Positions 40,238-54,956 of a DNA stretch of 64,000 nucleotides are shown here, one piece after another; the first letter of the stretch is position 1; every line of letters starts with the position of its first letter. The notes below the pieces were generated by a model. The model was not told where the DNA came from and did no database searches. It saw only the letters and a program-made list of their open reading frames with translations. Both the position numbers and the translations under genes were made by a program. Origin of the DNA: Octopus vulgaris (lineage: Eukaryota); assembly GCA_951406725.2 (NCBI GenBank), contig OX597822.1:101122001-101186000 (forward strand), read 5' to 3'.

Positions 40238-41215
40238 ACTACTGTCTGCGTTAACCGTTCTATACCTGCATTGTCTAGTTTCATATACGGAATTTGTTAA
40301 ATACATACATAAAATTAGTTCGTGAGTTTCTGTGTTTTTATAGTTAAAAAAACACACAGATGCATACATATACACATACACACATACACACACATTCATG
40401 AATATATATATTTATCTATTTCATTACATTCTTGTAAATTTCCAACACGTTTATGGTTACGAAGTATTAGGCCAGTTAAGGGTAGAGAAAGAAAAAGCCA
40501 TTAGTTTTTGTTACTCTCCAAGAAGAAGCCCCTTTTTTCTAATACTATAACGTAATTTATAGACTTTATCAAATCTCCCACAATCTCAGAACACTTCAGG
40601 TAGTTTGAACAGAAAAAAAACTACTAATCGGCAGCTCTACATCACAGTTTTCACCAATTTCTACACTCCACATAATTGTATTTTTACGAGAGGTGGCTTT
40701 GTATAAACGGTAAAATGTCGAAGTGAATACATCAAATCTATTTAGTTTCTTCTTTCTATGTTCTAATATCTCACCGGTATTCGTCTTTCAGTATCACCTT
40801 ATTTGTAACAGTAAACTGACAATATTTTTTTCTATGCAACTTTGGATACTTGTGTGAAATCAAGTGTGGATAGAAATATGCAATTTCCTAGAGAAACAAT
40901 AAAGAATATGTATTATATTTCAATGTTTTATTGTAGAAAAATTGTTCCCTCCTGGTTTTATACCACTCCATTTCTAGATATGGTTTAAACTGCATTTACA
41001 ATAATCCAAAACATCTTGACAAATGCTCTTATAAATAATATATGTATGTGTGTATGTATATATATTGGAATTAGTTATAAATTGTAATCAATGCTCATAT
41101 GGAGTCTAAATGATAAAATGTAGGCATGTGTATGTAAATAAACGACAGCACAAATACGAAAAGAAAGAAAAAGGCATCTGAAAACATTTCGGACGTTAGA
41201 GCAAAGTAGGTAGGT

Positions 41216-41226
41216 AGAGAGAGAGA

Positions 41227-41316
<90 letters not shown>
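41216..41316. repeat. (GA)n microsatellite
   Basis: direct reading. Confidence 0.95.
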
Positions 41317-41322
<6 letters not shown>

Positions 41323-41475
41323 GAAGAAAGAGAACACGGATGTGGGGTTAAAAACCAGGTGGGAATTCTGGCCTATAGGGGAGTTAAGAAAAGAAAAGAT
41401 GCGGGTGGTTAAATGCATGTATAGGAGTGTATCAGTGTCTGAAATCGAGTATAAAAAGGATATGTTGAAAATATG

Positions 41476-41688
41476 TATTTCTTTAATGTCCACAAGAGGC
41501 TAAACACAGAGGAGACAAACAAGGACAGACAGACGGATTAAGTCGATTATATCGACCCCAGTGCGTAACTGGTACTAATTTAATCGACCCCGAAAGGATG
41601 AAAGGCAAAGTCAACCTCAACGGAATTTGGACTCAGAACGTAACGGCTACGCATTTTGCCCGGCGTGCTAACGTTTCTGCCAGCTCGC
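41476..41688 (-). mobile_element. SINE family C
   Basis: C consensus with a small deletion. Confidence 0.85.
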
Positions 41689-41775
41689 ATGATTACATAA
41701 AAATGTAATTACAAAAAATAGAAAAATACAGCAAACTTCCAAAAATGTCCCTCTGTTGTTAAAAATGCGTATACA

Positions 41776-41984
41776 AGCTGTGACTGACAAATCTTCCACA
41801 TTTTACGCACCAATTGCTGTGACGTTGTAAAGTTAGGCAGGTGGTAATTGTTTTCATGTAGATAATATTTTAATGCTTTTTTCAGTTGCCATCATGGTTT
41901 GAATTGTTGCACATTTTGCATTTGTTGTTTTAAAATTTTCTCAAGAATGATGTATCTGAGGGATTTTTTTGTCGCACCGCGTAT
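41776..41984. mobile_element. possible degenerate Tc1/mariner MITE
   Basis: imperfect TIRs tacaagctgtgactgacaaatc / gattttttttgtcgcaccgcgta with TA ends. Confidence 0.3.
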
Positions 41985-42496
41985 ATAATAAATTTGTTTA
42001 GAAAACCGTCGAAAGGTAAATGAAACCACAAGAAAATAATATAGTTTCTGCTATAATTAAATGTTACTAGATTGTGTAAAATTTATAATGAAATTTAAAA
42101 CGATCGTTATGATTGTGTATCAAGTGAGAAGAGGTCTTGGAAGTTTGATAAGCGTCTCATCAAAAACGGTAATGGTCGTATTAACCAAACCTTAATTCCT
42201 GTCCCTTTTGTTATAAATATTATTAGGAAACTAATTTCGTGTTCCTTTCTGGGGCGTTTGCTGATTAAAAATACAATCTGTTGCCGTTTATTGACGTACA
42301 ACAATACAGTAATTCCCATGCAGTCAAAGAGACTATAAAAAGTAACAGAAAAATGGAATTCTGCTCTTGATTATGGCATCGTGTGAAAGATTTTCTCTTG
42401 TTCAAAAATTGCAAAACCATACATTGAATCATTTCCAGAATTTTGCACAAAATTACATCAGAATTTTAATGAGAGGGCGGCGTTTAAACTGACACG

Positions 42497-42586
<90 letters not shown>

Positions 42587-42805
42587 TACACACACACACA
42601 CACACACATATATATACATAAATATACATAGAGAGATATAGATAGATAGATAGAGAGAGAGAGAGAGACAGAGAAAGAGAGGGAACAGAAAGTAGACGGA
42701 GTTAGTAGTTCAACCATTTCTTCAATTTCAATTCTTTTCTAACCCAGGTAAGTCAGAACAGATTTGAACGGGAACATAACAAAAGGCTTATTTTACTTTT
42801 CGTAT

Positions 42806-42845
<40 letters not shown>

Positions 42846-43216
42846 GTGATAATAAATCTACACATGGAGAAGGACATACTACCACCATGTTCTTAATGAT
42901 GAAATTAACCTCTCTGTCTATATATCTCCCCTCTTTGTAATGTTGGCAAATGAAATAAGTATAAAAATGTACATTGTCCATTTAATTAAAAAATTCTATA
43001 TGTGGCTGGAGATTGCTCGACATTGTAAAATTGATGTAATACTTACAGTGTTTAATAAAATGAAGTAGCATGAAACGATTGTACTACACTACCTTGGGTA
43101 TCCTTGGGTATTTTGATTATAATCACCTCCTTTGGTTTATATGGGTAATACCATACCAAATTCTGGTGCCTTTAACTTAAGTACCATATTCATCTGAATC
43201 TAAATTTTGCTGAACC

Positions 43217-43278
<62 letters not shown>

Positions 43279-44289
43279 ACCATTTCAAGCAAGATGAAAA
43301 AACAAACTATATTAGGGGCGAACGCTAATCTTATGATATGATTTGAATTTTTAGATTCTCTGCTATAGTCATAGAGAAAAGCAGGCATATCAGGAAAATC
43401 TTATTTTCGCTTTATTAAAGTGTTATATCTATATAATTAGTCACCGAAAATTGGTATTAGCTCAAAGCTACGCTACGTACATTAATATTCATATTTTCAT
43501 ACACAAGAAGTAAGTTTTGAGTGAAACAGAATGAAAAATGTTCTGTAAGTTTTAAAAGTTCAAAGCTCAAGACTTCAACTTTGTTCTTTATATAGAATAT
43601 CAATACATAGGTAGTCGGTAAAGCGGATCTCAACCCTAAGATATTCCCTATGAAAGGTTAACTTAGTGTGTGGAGTGAAATAATTCAATCAGTAATCGAT
43701 CTTATGCTGCATACTAGATTCAATATCAGCTTGCATGACACTACGCTGCTTCTACGCGTCCAATTTAAGTATTTGGTTAATATTTGAAATGGATTTGAAT
43801 TTGGGAAAGACCAATAATACTAGAGATTATAGATTAATTCTGTTTCGTTGAAAGATTAAGTAGCTATCTGAAGCAAAGATGAAGTAGATGGCTGATACGA
43901 AGAATTGCATTTTATCCGCAACCATTTTATCCGGTTTTAAGAAATACAGGTGCAAATATATTTCGAAATAAATTAATGCTGAAACACCATAGAACATTGA
44001 AAATATTTTCAGATTATAAAAATATAAAAGCATTTCTCAAAGAGAATGATATTTCTGAGCAAAAGTAAAACATGAACAGAAGATTTTTCAATAATATTAA
44101 GTTTCTTGAGCTTTGAGTTTCATTCGGCAAACAAATTATTGTTGATTTTATAGATTAAAATAATTGTTTCTGATTTAAGTATCGAACCAACAATTTCGAG
44201 GCGAGTGGATTAATCAATACCAATCGGCTTCAGTACATGATTGGTTATTTAATTTGTCGATCAGATGGATGGAAAGCAAAGTTGAATTC

Positions 44290-44492
44290 TTCTTGTCTTG
44301 TCTTGAGACAGCATTCACCCGGGGTGGGTTGACCTGGCTTCATTCATCCTCAATGCTGCATCTCTCACAAACGCCGACCAAACCTGGCGATTTGAGGCTA
44401 ACGACCGCGTGATCTCCAACCACTCCTTCTTCCAGCGACGAACGCCGTAGACATGGGGGCCTAGACTGGGTTTCAGATCAGCCTTGACTGTC
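44290..44492 (-). mobile_element. RTE-type LINE 3' end with (CAAGA)n tail, inserted in a degenerate family C SINE
   Basis: KADLKPSLGPHVYGVRRWKKEWLEITRSLASNRQVWSAFVRDA..HPG*; gaattc on both sides; host SINE remnants at 44170-44289 and 44499-44580. Confidence 0.75.
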
Positions 44493-44699
44493 GAATTCAT
44501 TAGGATTTGAACTCATATCGCAAACAGTCGGAAGAAATGGGGTGAAACGTTCTGTTGGACGCTTTAACAATGCTTCCTTATTAAGTAACTAAAAATATTT
44601 TTTGGGTATTTTCATGATTCTACGTTTGTTTTACACAAACTAATTATTTTCACATTCTCTGTTGAGATAATGGAACATACTACATATATTTAATAGATT

Positions 44700-45084
44700 G
44701 GGAAGCACTCCGTCGGTTACGACGACGAGGGTTCCGGTTGATCCGATCAACGGAACAGCCTGCTCGTGAAATTAACGTGTAAGTGGTTGAGCACTCCACA
44801 GACACGTGTACCCTTAACGTAGTTCTCGGGGATATTCAGCGTGACACAGAGAGTGACAAGGCCGGCCCTTTGAAATACAGGTACAACAGAAACAGGAAGT
44901 AAGAGTGAGAGAAAGTTGTGGTGAAAGAGTACAGCAGGGATCACCACCATCCCCTGCCGGAGCCTCGTGGAGCTTTTAGGTGTTTTCGCTCAATAAACAC
45001 TCACAACGCCCGGTCTGGAAATCGAAACCGCGATCCTATGACCGCGAATCCGCTGCCCTAACCACTGGGCCATTGCGCCTCCAC
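44700..45084 (-). mobile_element. SINE family A, full length, 13-bp TSD
   Basis: TSD tatttaatagatt at 44687-44699 and 45085-45097. Confidence 0.93.
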
Positions 45085-45384
45085 TATTTAATAGATTAGA
45101 ACCAGTGAAAATGTTATTACATTTTTTGAGAGCGGTAGATTAGCAGACTCCGTAGAGCGTTGGGTAAAATGTTTGTTATATTTAATTTCGTTCCTTTATA
45201 TTCTAGGTTCCCCTATCGCATAGAATCAATTTTATTTTCGTCCTTCTGGGATTTGTAAATGAAGTCCAATCCATGTCAAGGCAATTGACTAAATGATAAT
45301 GTGACGATTTTAGAAATTTTAATTATTATTACTGTTGTTGCTATGGACATTTGTGATGACACAGAGAAGACAATTTGGCATAGC

Positions 45385-45550
45385 TACGAAGGCGTGCTGA
45401 AACGTTTCTGACTTTAAGGGTCTCGCGAGAGGCCTGGTTAGAGGCCCAACTTTCGGAGTTCTTCTACGGGGCTTAGAAAAAAAAGAACTGAAAGACCGCT
45501 GCAATAAGTGTGTGAATATGAGAGGAGAATATGTTGAATAAAATCATAAT
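45385..45550 (+). mobile_element. mariner-derived MITE fragment, same family as 61496-61693
   Basis: TIR-like tacgaaggcgtgctgaaacgtttc; includes mariner C-terminus RCNKCVNMRGEYVE*. Confidence 0.7.
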
Positions 45551-46004
45551 TAACCAATATATTTCATAAATCAAGTTTAGATGAAAGGAAATATGTCATT
45601 TTGATTTTACTGTTCATAACCTTGGAGACGATACGAACGATCCTCAATCTGTATATATTAATGACTTGTAGCCACGTGGTATTTCGTTATGCAATCATAA
45701 TATTCTATAAAACATATTATGAGTCAACACCACGTTCTACTCTGTTAGCAGTGCTTTTTACATTATTTTGTTAAGGCTATTTCTACAGAAATTATAGTCA
45801 GCACGTTTCGTATCCAGACGTTAGATGTAAACATACAATGTGATGGGAAACAGAAAATGGATAATGAATATATATTTCGGGGGGTTTTGCTCATCATCAG
45901 CACCCAGTTAACCCCACTCTACAGGAATGCGTTTAATATGTAAGTTGGTATATCCAATAACTTAACACCGCTGTATGCGGTGACTATATAAACTATGCAT
46001 TCGG

Positions 46005-46603
46005 GGCGGCGAGCTGGCAGAAACGTTAGCACGCCGGGCGAAGTGCGTAGTCGGATTTCGTCTGCCGTTAAGTTCTGAGTTCAAATTCCGCCGAGGTCGA
46101 CTTTGCCTTTCATCCTTTCGAGGGTCGATAAATTAAGTACCAGTTACGCACTGGGGTCGATGTAATCGACTTAATCCGTTTGGCTGTCCTTGTTTGTCCT
46201 CTCTGTGTTTAGCCCCTTGTAGGTAGTAAAGAAATAGGTATTTCATCTACCGCTGCGTTCTGAGTTCAAATTCCACCGAGGTCGACTTTGCCTTTCATCC
46301 TTTCGGGGTCGATTAAATAAGTACCAGTTACGCACTGGGGTCAATATAATCGACTTAATCCGTTTGTCTGTCTTTGTTTGTCTCCTCTGTGTTTAGCCCC
46401 TTGTGGGTAGTAAAGAAATAGGTATTTCGTCTGCCATTACGTTCTGTGTTCAAATTCCGCCGAGGTCGACTTTGCCTTTAATCCTTTCGGGGTCGATAAA
46501 TAAAGTACCAGTTACGCATTGGGGTGGATGTAATTGACTTAATCCCTTTGCCTGTCCTTGTTTGTCCTTTCTGTGTTTAGCCCCTTGTGGGCAATAAAGA
46601 AAT
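46005..46603 (+). mobile_element. trimeric SINE family C (one head, three body/tail units)
   Basis: junction aaagaaata|ggtatttc occurs twice; degenerate TSD tatataaactatgcattcgg / tatattagctatgtattcgg. Confidence 0.9.
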
Positions 46604-46833
46604 ATATATTAGCTATGTATTCGGAGGAAAGAGTGGGTTAAATGGGTACTGATAAAGGGGAACCCCCCTCCGCCCGAAATATGGCATATACACTTATTAC
46701 CCATTGTTGTCTTCGATCTCATTCTTTGTTTACATCTGGTGTCTCGTTACGAAACGTAGTAAAAAAAATCAGTGCTGGCTATAATTTCTGTATAAATAAC
46801 CATAACAAAATCCATCTCTAAAGTATATAATGT

Positions 46834-47220
46834 AGGCGCAGGAGTGGCTGTGTGGTAAGTAGCTTGCTAACCAACCACATGGTTCCTGGTTCAGTCCCAC
46901 TGCGTGGCATCTTGGGCAAGTGTCTTCTGCTATAGCCCCGGGCCGACCAATGCCTTGTGAGTGGATTCGGTAGACGAAAACTGAAAGAAGCCCGTCGTAT
47001 ATATGTATATATATGTATATGTATGTATGTGCATGTGTTTGTGTGTCTGTGTTTGTCCCCCTAGCATTGCTTGACAACCGATGCTGGTGTGTTTACGTCC
47101 CCGTCACTTAGCGGTTCGGCAAAAGAGACCGATTGAATAAGTCCTGGGGTCGATTTGCTCGACTAAAGGTGGTGCTCCAGCATGGCCGCAGTCAAATGAC
47201 TGAAACCAGTAAAAAAAGAG
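46834..47220 (+). mobile_element. SINE family B
   Basis: B consensus; TSD taatgt. Confidence 0.92.
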
Positions 47221-47719
47221 TAATGTGTACCTAAATCAAAACAAACATCGTATTTTACTGAATATCGTATCAGTTCGTATTATAGCTTATTATCAGTTGT
47301 CCCACCAGTTATAAAGTAATGAAAATAATTTAACTTCCAACAATATAAACGCATATCATATAATACATGTAGAATTGTATTAGGCGCTTGAATTATGAGT
47401 ACAAGATAATTGACCTGTTGATAATTAAACTGTTCTTACAAGACAATAAAAAATACTTAATAATGACGAGTAAATCTCTGAAAACAATTTTAGAAATAGT
47501 TACAAAATAATAGTTTGACAATGGTTGGCGAAAGATTAGAAACATCGAAAACAACCATAATATAATTCATATTTTATTACTCACGGAAAACAATAGTTCT
47601 GTAGTGTTAACAGTTACCTTATTGATATATAATTGGAGTTCTCTCGTTGTTATTTATCGAATAATAGATATCCAATTATATACGATAAAGTGGTTAATGT
47701 GTATATTACAGTGTATATA

Positions 47720-48565
47720 TTTTTTAGTTTCATCTTTTGCTTGTTTCAGTCATTGGACTGCGGCCAACTTTGAAGGGCTTAGTTTAACAAATCGGCCCCA
47801 GTACTTATTTTTAAGTCTGTTACTTATTCTATCAGTCATTTTTGCCAAAGCGCTAAGTTATAGGACGGGAACAAACCGACACCGATTGTCAAAAAGTGGT
47901 GGGAGACAAAAGCAACTGCTTGCTTGTTTGGAAGTCCCACGACTCTAAAGACGACGACACCCCTTAAAGCTGGTGCCAAACGCAAATAGTGTATACACTG
48001 ATATGAGCGGAGACCACATCAGCCTTTATATAGGCGTTGGTGTGGCTGCGCGATAAGTTTGCTTTCCAACCACATAGATTCAAATTTAGTCCCCTGTGAC
48101 TAAATTATAGTTTGGCTATAATTTTGCACCGAATAAAGCCTTGTGTGTCACTTTAGTAAACGGTAGCTAAAAGAAACTCGTCGTATACACACATAAACGT
48201 AAGTGTGTGTGTGTTTCTTTGTGACTATGTTTGTCTCTAACCACCGCTTCATATCTGTGCTGGTGTGTTAACGTCCCTGTAACTTAGAGGTTCGGAAAAA
48301 GAAACCGATAGAATAAGTGCCAGGTTAATAAAAGAGTGCTAGGGTTCATTCGTTCGGCTACCATTTTTTAAGGCAGTGCCCCAACATGGCAGCAGTGTGA
48401 AGTAAGTAAAAAAATATACTCAATGGGCTTCGTTCAGTTCCCTTCTACCAAATCCACTGATTTATAGTAGAAGACACCTGCACAAAGTGCATCGCAGTGG
48501 GACTGAACATAAAACCACACGGTTGGGAAGCAAGCTTCTTTACCACACAGCCACCCCTGCTCCTA
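47720..48565. mobile_element. cluster of degenerate SINE family B pieces (47720-47910 minus, 48031-48410 plus, 48420-48565 minus)
   Basis: recognisable B motifs with many substitutions. Confidence 0.65.
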
Positions 48566-48997
48566 TCATCACGTCTGCGCAGCCATCCTTACTTCGATTA
48601 TTATAACGCGGCTACTTGAGGGTTTCAGCAGAAAAGAAAATATTTAGCTATTTCTTTTTGCTGAATGGTAGAATGGTAGAATGTCTCAGTTTAATAGGTA
48701 ATTAGAAAATGTGATGTTAGAGATTTCAAAAATTCCAATGGCTAGATCGAAACCGGATCGTGGAATCATTAAAAGATAGACTCGCATACTACTGTTTTCG
48801 GCATAACATTATCATCAATACTACAGTTATTTTCCTTCCAATTCAAAATATAATGCTAATTTCATTAATAATATTAAACATCGATAGTGTTAAAGATAAT
48901 GTAATGCTGCAAGCAGAATACCGCATGAATAATCTCAGAAAATTATCTTTTCGCGATCATGCGCACTTCAGTTCTCTGAAAGCAAGACTTAAAGATA

Positions 48998-49392
48998 AAC
49001 ATATACATACATCCATACAATCATACATACATACATACGTACATACATACATACATACATACATACATACGTACATACATACATACATGCATACATACAT
49101 ATGTACATACATACGTATGTACATACACACATACATGCATACATACGTACGTACATACATACATACATACGTACATACATACATACATACGTAAATACAC
49201 ACATACATACATACATACGTACATACATACATACTTACATATGTACGTACATCCATACAATCATACATACATACATGCATATATACATATGTACATACAT
49301 ACGTACGTACATACACACATACATACATACATACACACGTACATCACATACATACATACGTATATACATACGTACATACATACATACATGCA

Positions 49393-49423
<31 letters not shown>

Positions 49424-49535
49424 GTACATACAATCATACATACATACATACATGCATTCATACATATGTACATACATACATATGTACGTACGTACATACA
49501 TACATACATACATACATACACATATGTGTATATAT
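48998..49535. repeat. (CATA)n/(CGTA)n microsatellite with higher-order duplication
   Basis: direct reading; atccatacaatcatacatac recurs. Confidence 0.93.
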
Positions 49536-50770
49536 ACCACTTATCATATAAACGTTTCTATCTACCTTGAAGCATGGTAGTTACCTTTTAATGCATCTGC
49601 TTATTTATCTTCCGATGTTGACAAGAGCACGTTGCACGAGCACCCCCCCCCCGCCAAACAACTCACTTAGAAAGATAGACTTGGACAACGGAAAATAGAA
49701 AGAGAAAGCTAAATGAAGTAAAGCAAGGAAGAAGTGAAATAACCAAGAAAGTCATAGAAAAGATGAAGAAGGAGCACAAGGGTAACGGGGGTAAAAGGAT
49801 GAAACGGGAACAAATTAAAGCGAATACGAGAATACGAGTGATATTGCCGAACATAGAAGTATCAGTTCATTGAATCCATTCCTCGGAAAAATAATCAAAA
49901 AAAAAAACAGCTGCCGTATTGCAGCGAAATGTTACATCCTGCGTTCCTTCAAGCTATTCGCAATATCCGCTTTCCTATGTTAGATGGTCTTCTCTTAAAT
50001 ATGTACAGTGCAATCCAAACACCCCAAATAAAACGTGTCTTTCAAATGAACATGAGAGATAAATATCTACAAAAATTCTTTAGTATTAAATCACGATCCA
50101 CCCTCTCTCGCCGAAGCTCACCTCCTGTGCCCTCTGTATTTTTGGAAGATTTACATTATCTAGACCCTACTCTGATCAAAATTCTCGGTAAAATCTGTGC
50201 TCCAAATCCCTTGTGTTCTATACTGCATTTTAGATATCGTCACCTCCTTTTATATAAAGGTGTTATGTATGACATAGCTTACAATGTATTTAAAAGGCAT
50301 GATTTCAAAATCGAATAGTGGCTGATTGTTTATCTCTTGCTATATTTTGGTTTATGTTCCCGTAACTTAGTGGTTCGGCAAAAGACACTGATAGAACAAG
50401 TACTGAACTTTAAAGAAAAAAATAGTTACTGGAGTGGAATCGTTCAACTAAAACCTTTCATGATGGTACCACAACATAGCCGCAGTTCTATGACTAAAAC
50501 CAGTCAAAGATAGGGATATCTCTATTTTGCTGTCTTTTTCTATACGATTTAAAGAGTGAAAGGAAAAAATCAACCAACACCCACCAACCAACATTATGTT
50601 GCCTATTACTTTATAATATTATAAAGAGATAAATGCTATCATTTATTTGTTTGCAAGATTTGAGACAGTTTGTTTAGCGGAAGTTAATTTGATAAGAACA
50701 CCTAATCCCGAAAGAAAAAGTTCTTGCTAGACATTTCTGTAGACTTTTGTCCACCATTATAAATAGGTAT

Positions 50771-50979
50771 TTGAGGCGGCAAGCTGGAAGAATCCTTAGC
50801 ACGCCGGTCAAAATGCTTAGCGGCATTTCGTCCGTCTTCACGTTCTGAGTTCAAATGCCGCCGAGCTCGACTTTGTCATTCTTTCGGGGTCAATAAAATT
50901 AGTACCAGGCGAGTTCTGGGAATCGACGTAATCGACTTACCTCCTCTCCGAAATTGCTGGCCTTGTGTCAAAATTTGAG
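50771..50979 (+). mobile_element. SINE family C, type-2 tail, ~18-bp TSD
   Basis: accattataaataggtat / accattataaatcggtat flank the element. Confidence 0.85.
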
Positions 50980-51024
50980 ACCATTATAAATCGGTATGAA
51001 TATATGTATTAATTATCTTTTAGG

Positions 51025-51340
<316 letters not shown>

Positions 51341-51371
51341 TTATATATATATATATTTATATATATATATA

Positions 51372-54300
51372 ACGTACACCTCACCTCGATGCTCCTACTG
51401 AACATCAGAGGACTGCAAACACTCAGTAACAGGACAAAGATCCCGTTCCTGAGAGACTTAGTTGCATGCAATCAAGCCTTATGCATAGCACTTACAGAAA
51501 CGCACCTGAAACCGGACATAGCAAATGCGGAGTTACACATACCACAGTATGCTGTACTACGGACCGACAGGAAAGAAAGGAGTCATGGAGGTGTTGCTAT
51601 GTACATCCGTGAGGACCTCACACCCCAGGTCCTCTTGTCATACTCAAACTCGGTGTGTGACACACTAATTGTACATATTAGGCAACTTGATGTAGTTGTG
51701 TGTGCTACATATCGCCCTCCAGATGCCCCAAGCCATGTAGGCAAGTTTGAAGACTGCCTTATAAAAATAGAAGAAGTTCTAACCACATTAGAACAACACA
51801 TAGGTGTGCTTCTTATGGGAGACTTCAATCTGCCCAATGTCAGATGGCCCGAGGGCCTTTCTCTCCCAGATGTGAACGAGGACAGGCGAGGTCCCTCCTG
51901 AACCTCATCAACACCCTGTACATGGAGCAGGTAATACTCCAACCAACCAGGGCAGGTAACACACTGGATCTCTGCTTCACAAATGACATGGATCTCATCC
52001 ATAATGTGAAAGTGACACCGACACTACTCTCGGATCACAACATGATAGAGCTGACCATGTACGGGCCAAAAGAGAGCACGGACATGCAGCCTACAAGAAA
52101 CCCTCAAAACCCTCAAAACCCTCAAAATCTTTCCAGCTTGAACTACCATAAGGCAAACTGGAAACAAATTGAGAAAGAGATCCTCAAACAAAACTGGCCT
52201 AAATGTCTCTCCTCGCCGACATCGACGTGAAACTTCAACAATTCATGTCTGTAATGCAAGCCATATGCTACAAATGTGTCCCAGAGAGAAAGGCCACTGT
52301 ACACAAGAACAAAATCCCCAGAGAGAGGAAAATTTTAATGAGACGGCGTACGAAATTTTCAAATCGCCTAAACAAACAGATTGAAAGCAGTGAAAAGTCC
52401 CGCCTAAAAATAAAACTGTTGGAAATCGAAAAATGTCTGCAACTCTCCCATGAAAAAGAAAGAGCAGACAAAGAAGCCTGGGCTATAGAAAACATAAAAT
52501 CTAACCCCAGAGCTTTCTACAGGTATGCCAAAGAAACAGCTACAGTGCACTGTAGAATAGGGCCACTCCTCGAAAAGGATGGCACACTTACAGGAAAACC
52601 AATGAGGGTAAGTGAAATACTGAATGAGCAATTCAAGAGTGTTTTCATTCCACCCCTTGGGCATCTCCAAATCACCAATCCAACTGACTTTTTTACCACT
52701 GCAGATATAAAATCAGAGGTGGCGACGATAGATTACATCGATATAAAGGAAGACGATGTAACCAAGGCTATAGATGAAATGAAAAAAGACTCAGCTACTG
52801 GCCCCGATGGATTCCCGGCAATCCTCCTAAAAGCATGTAAGAGAGTCCTAGCAAGACCACTGCAGTTCCTCTTTCAGAGCTTCCTTGCAGCTGGCAAACT
52901 TCCAGGAAAACTGAAGGAAGGTAAAATATGCCCCATTCATAAAGGAGGTAGCAGAGCGGAAGCCAAGAACTATAGACCTATCTCTCTGACCTCACACATC
53001 AGCAAGGTCATGGAACGAATAGTCAGAAGGAAGCTGATCACCTTCCTTGAAGAGAATGACTTGCTGCCCGACACCCAACATGGTTTCCGACAAGGGAGAA
53101 GCTGTTTAACTCAGCTCCTACAACACTATGACTGGGTGCTGAAACGGCTGCTCAACCACTCAAATGTGGAAGTGATATATCTCGACTTTGCAAAGGCCTT
53201 TGATAAAGTCGATCATGGAATGATATGTCACAAACTGCGTGATCTCAACATAGTTGGAAAACTGGGAGAATGGCTTCATGACTTTCTGAAGGATAGAAGT
53301 CAGGTGGTAGTAGCCAATGGGGCCACCTCCATTAACACACAAATAGTGAGCGGTGTTCCGCAGGGCACTGTTCTGGGACCACTACTGTTCATAATGGCCC
53401 TCTCAGACATGCCCTCAGCCACGCAGAGAGCCACGATCACAAGTTATGCAGATGATACAAAAGTTTCACAGGCAATACAGAACCCTGAGGACACTAAACA
53501 CCTGCAATGTGAGCTGGACGAAATATACAAGTGGGCTGAAAAGAATAGCATGCAGTTCAATGCTGGAAAGTTTCAAGCTTTATACTATCAGCATGCAAAA
53601 CTGAATGCAATACCCAATGAATACACTGGACCCGGAGGGATTGCAATCCCAGAGGCACAATCAGTGCGTGACCTGGGTATTCACATGAGTGATGACGCGA
53701 CCTTTCATGTACATGTTGCTAAACTGACAATGAAATGTAGACGGCTGGCTGGATGGATTCTTAGAACCTTTAGAACAAGAGAACAAGAAACCATGATGGT
53801 CCTCTGGAAGACACTTGTCCTAAGCCACTTTGACTATTGCTCTCAGCTATGGTCACCATCCAGTGTCAAGTTGATCACAGAACTTGAGGCGATCCAACGA
53901 AGCTACACAAAGAAGATAGCCTCTATGCAGAATGTAAGCTACTGGGAAAGACTCAAGAGATTAAAATTATATTCCCTGGAGCGTAGGCGGGAAAGATATG
54001 CCATAATATACATCTGGAAGATCCTGGAGGGAAGTGTCCTGAACTTTGGCATCGAGAGTTACGCAAATGCCAGAACTGGGCGCCACTGCGTGGTGCCTAG
54101 GACTCCAGACCTGCCATCAAGATGTAGGACAAGATTCTGTGATAGCCTGGGCTTCCGAGGCCCACAGCTCTTCAATATCATCCCGAAGAACCTGAGAGAC
54201 CTGCATGGGGTGGATACAGATGTCTTTAAAATGAAGCTGGATCTCTTCCTGTCAGGTGTCCCAGATGAACCAACTTCACGGCAGGAGGGGCAGATGAGGG

Positions 54301-54448
54301 CAGCTGCATCGAACTCTCTCATGCACCAAATAGCAGTTGCTAGAAAGCCCCCATGAAGTGAAACCAAGTAGCAACACCAAATGGCGGTGCCCCAGCATGG
54401 CCACAGCTCATAAGCTGAAACTAGAATCAATCAATCAATCAATCAATC
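51372..54448 (+). mobile_element. CR1-group LINE with near-complete ORF2 (apurinic endonuclease + reverse transcriptase), 3' UTR and (AATC)n tail, embedded in (TA)n
   Basis: APE motifs LNIRGL, LTETHL, GGVAMY, YRPP, MGDFN, PTR..NTLDL, SDH; RT motifs NYRPISLTS, QHGFR, YLDFAKAFDKV, SGVPQGTVLGPLLF, YADD; C-terminal LYSLERRRERY. Confidence 0.95.
51389..54356 (+). pseudogene. LINE ORF2 (endonuclease/reverse transcriptase) split over three frames (51389-51901, 51844-52230, 52203-54356)
   Basis: consecutive overlapping ORFs continue one protein; the 717-aa RT-containing part is uninterrupted. Confidence 0.9.
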
Positions 54449-54955
<507 letters not shown>

Positions 54956-54956
54956 T

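Noticed and set aside
49929-50318. 129-aa ORF
   Set aside because: No recognisable domain; likely a chance ORF or antisense to a decayed element.
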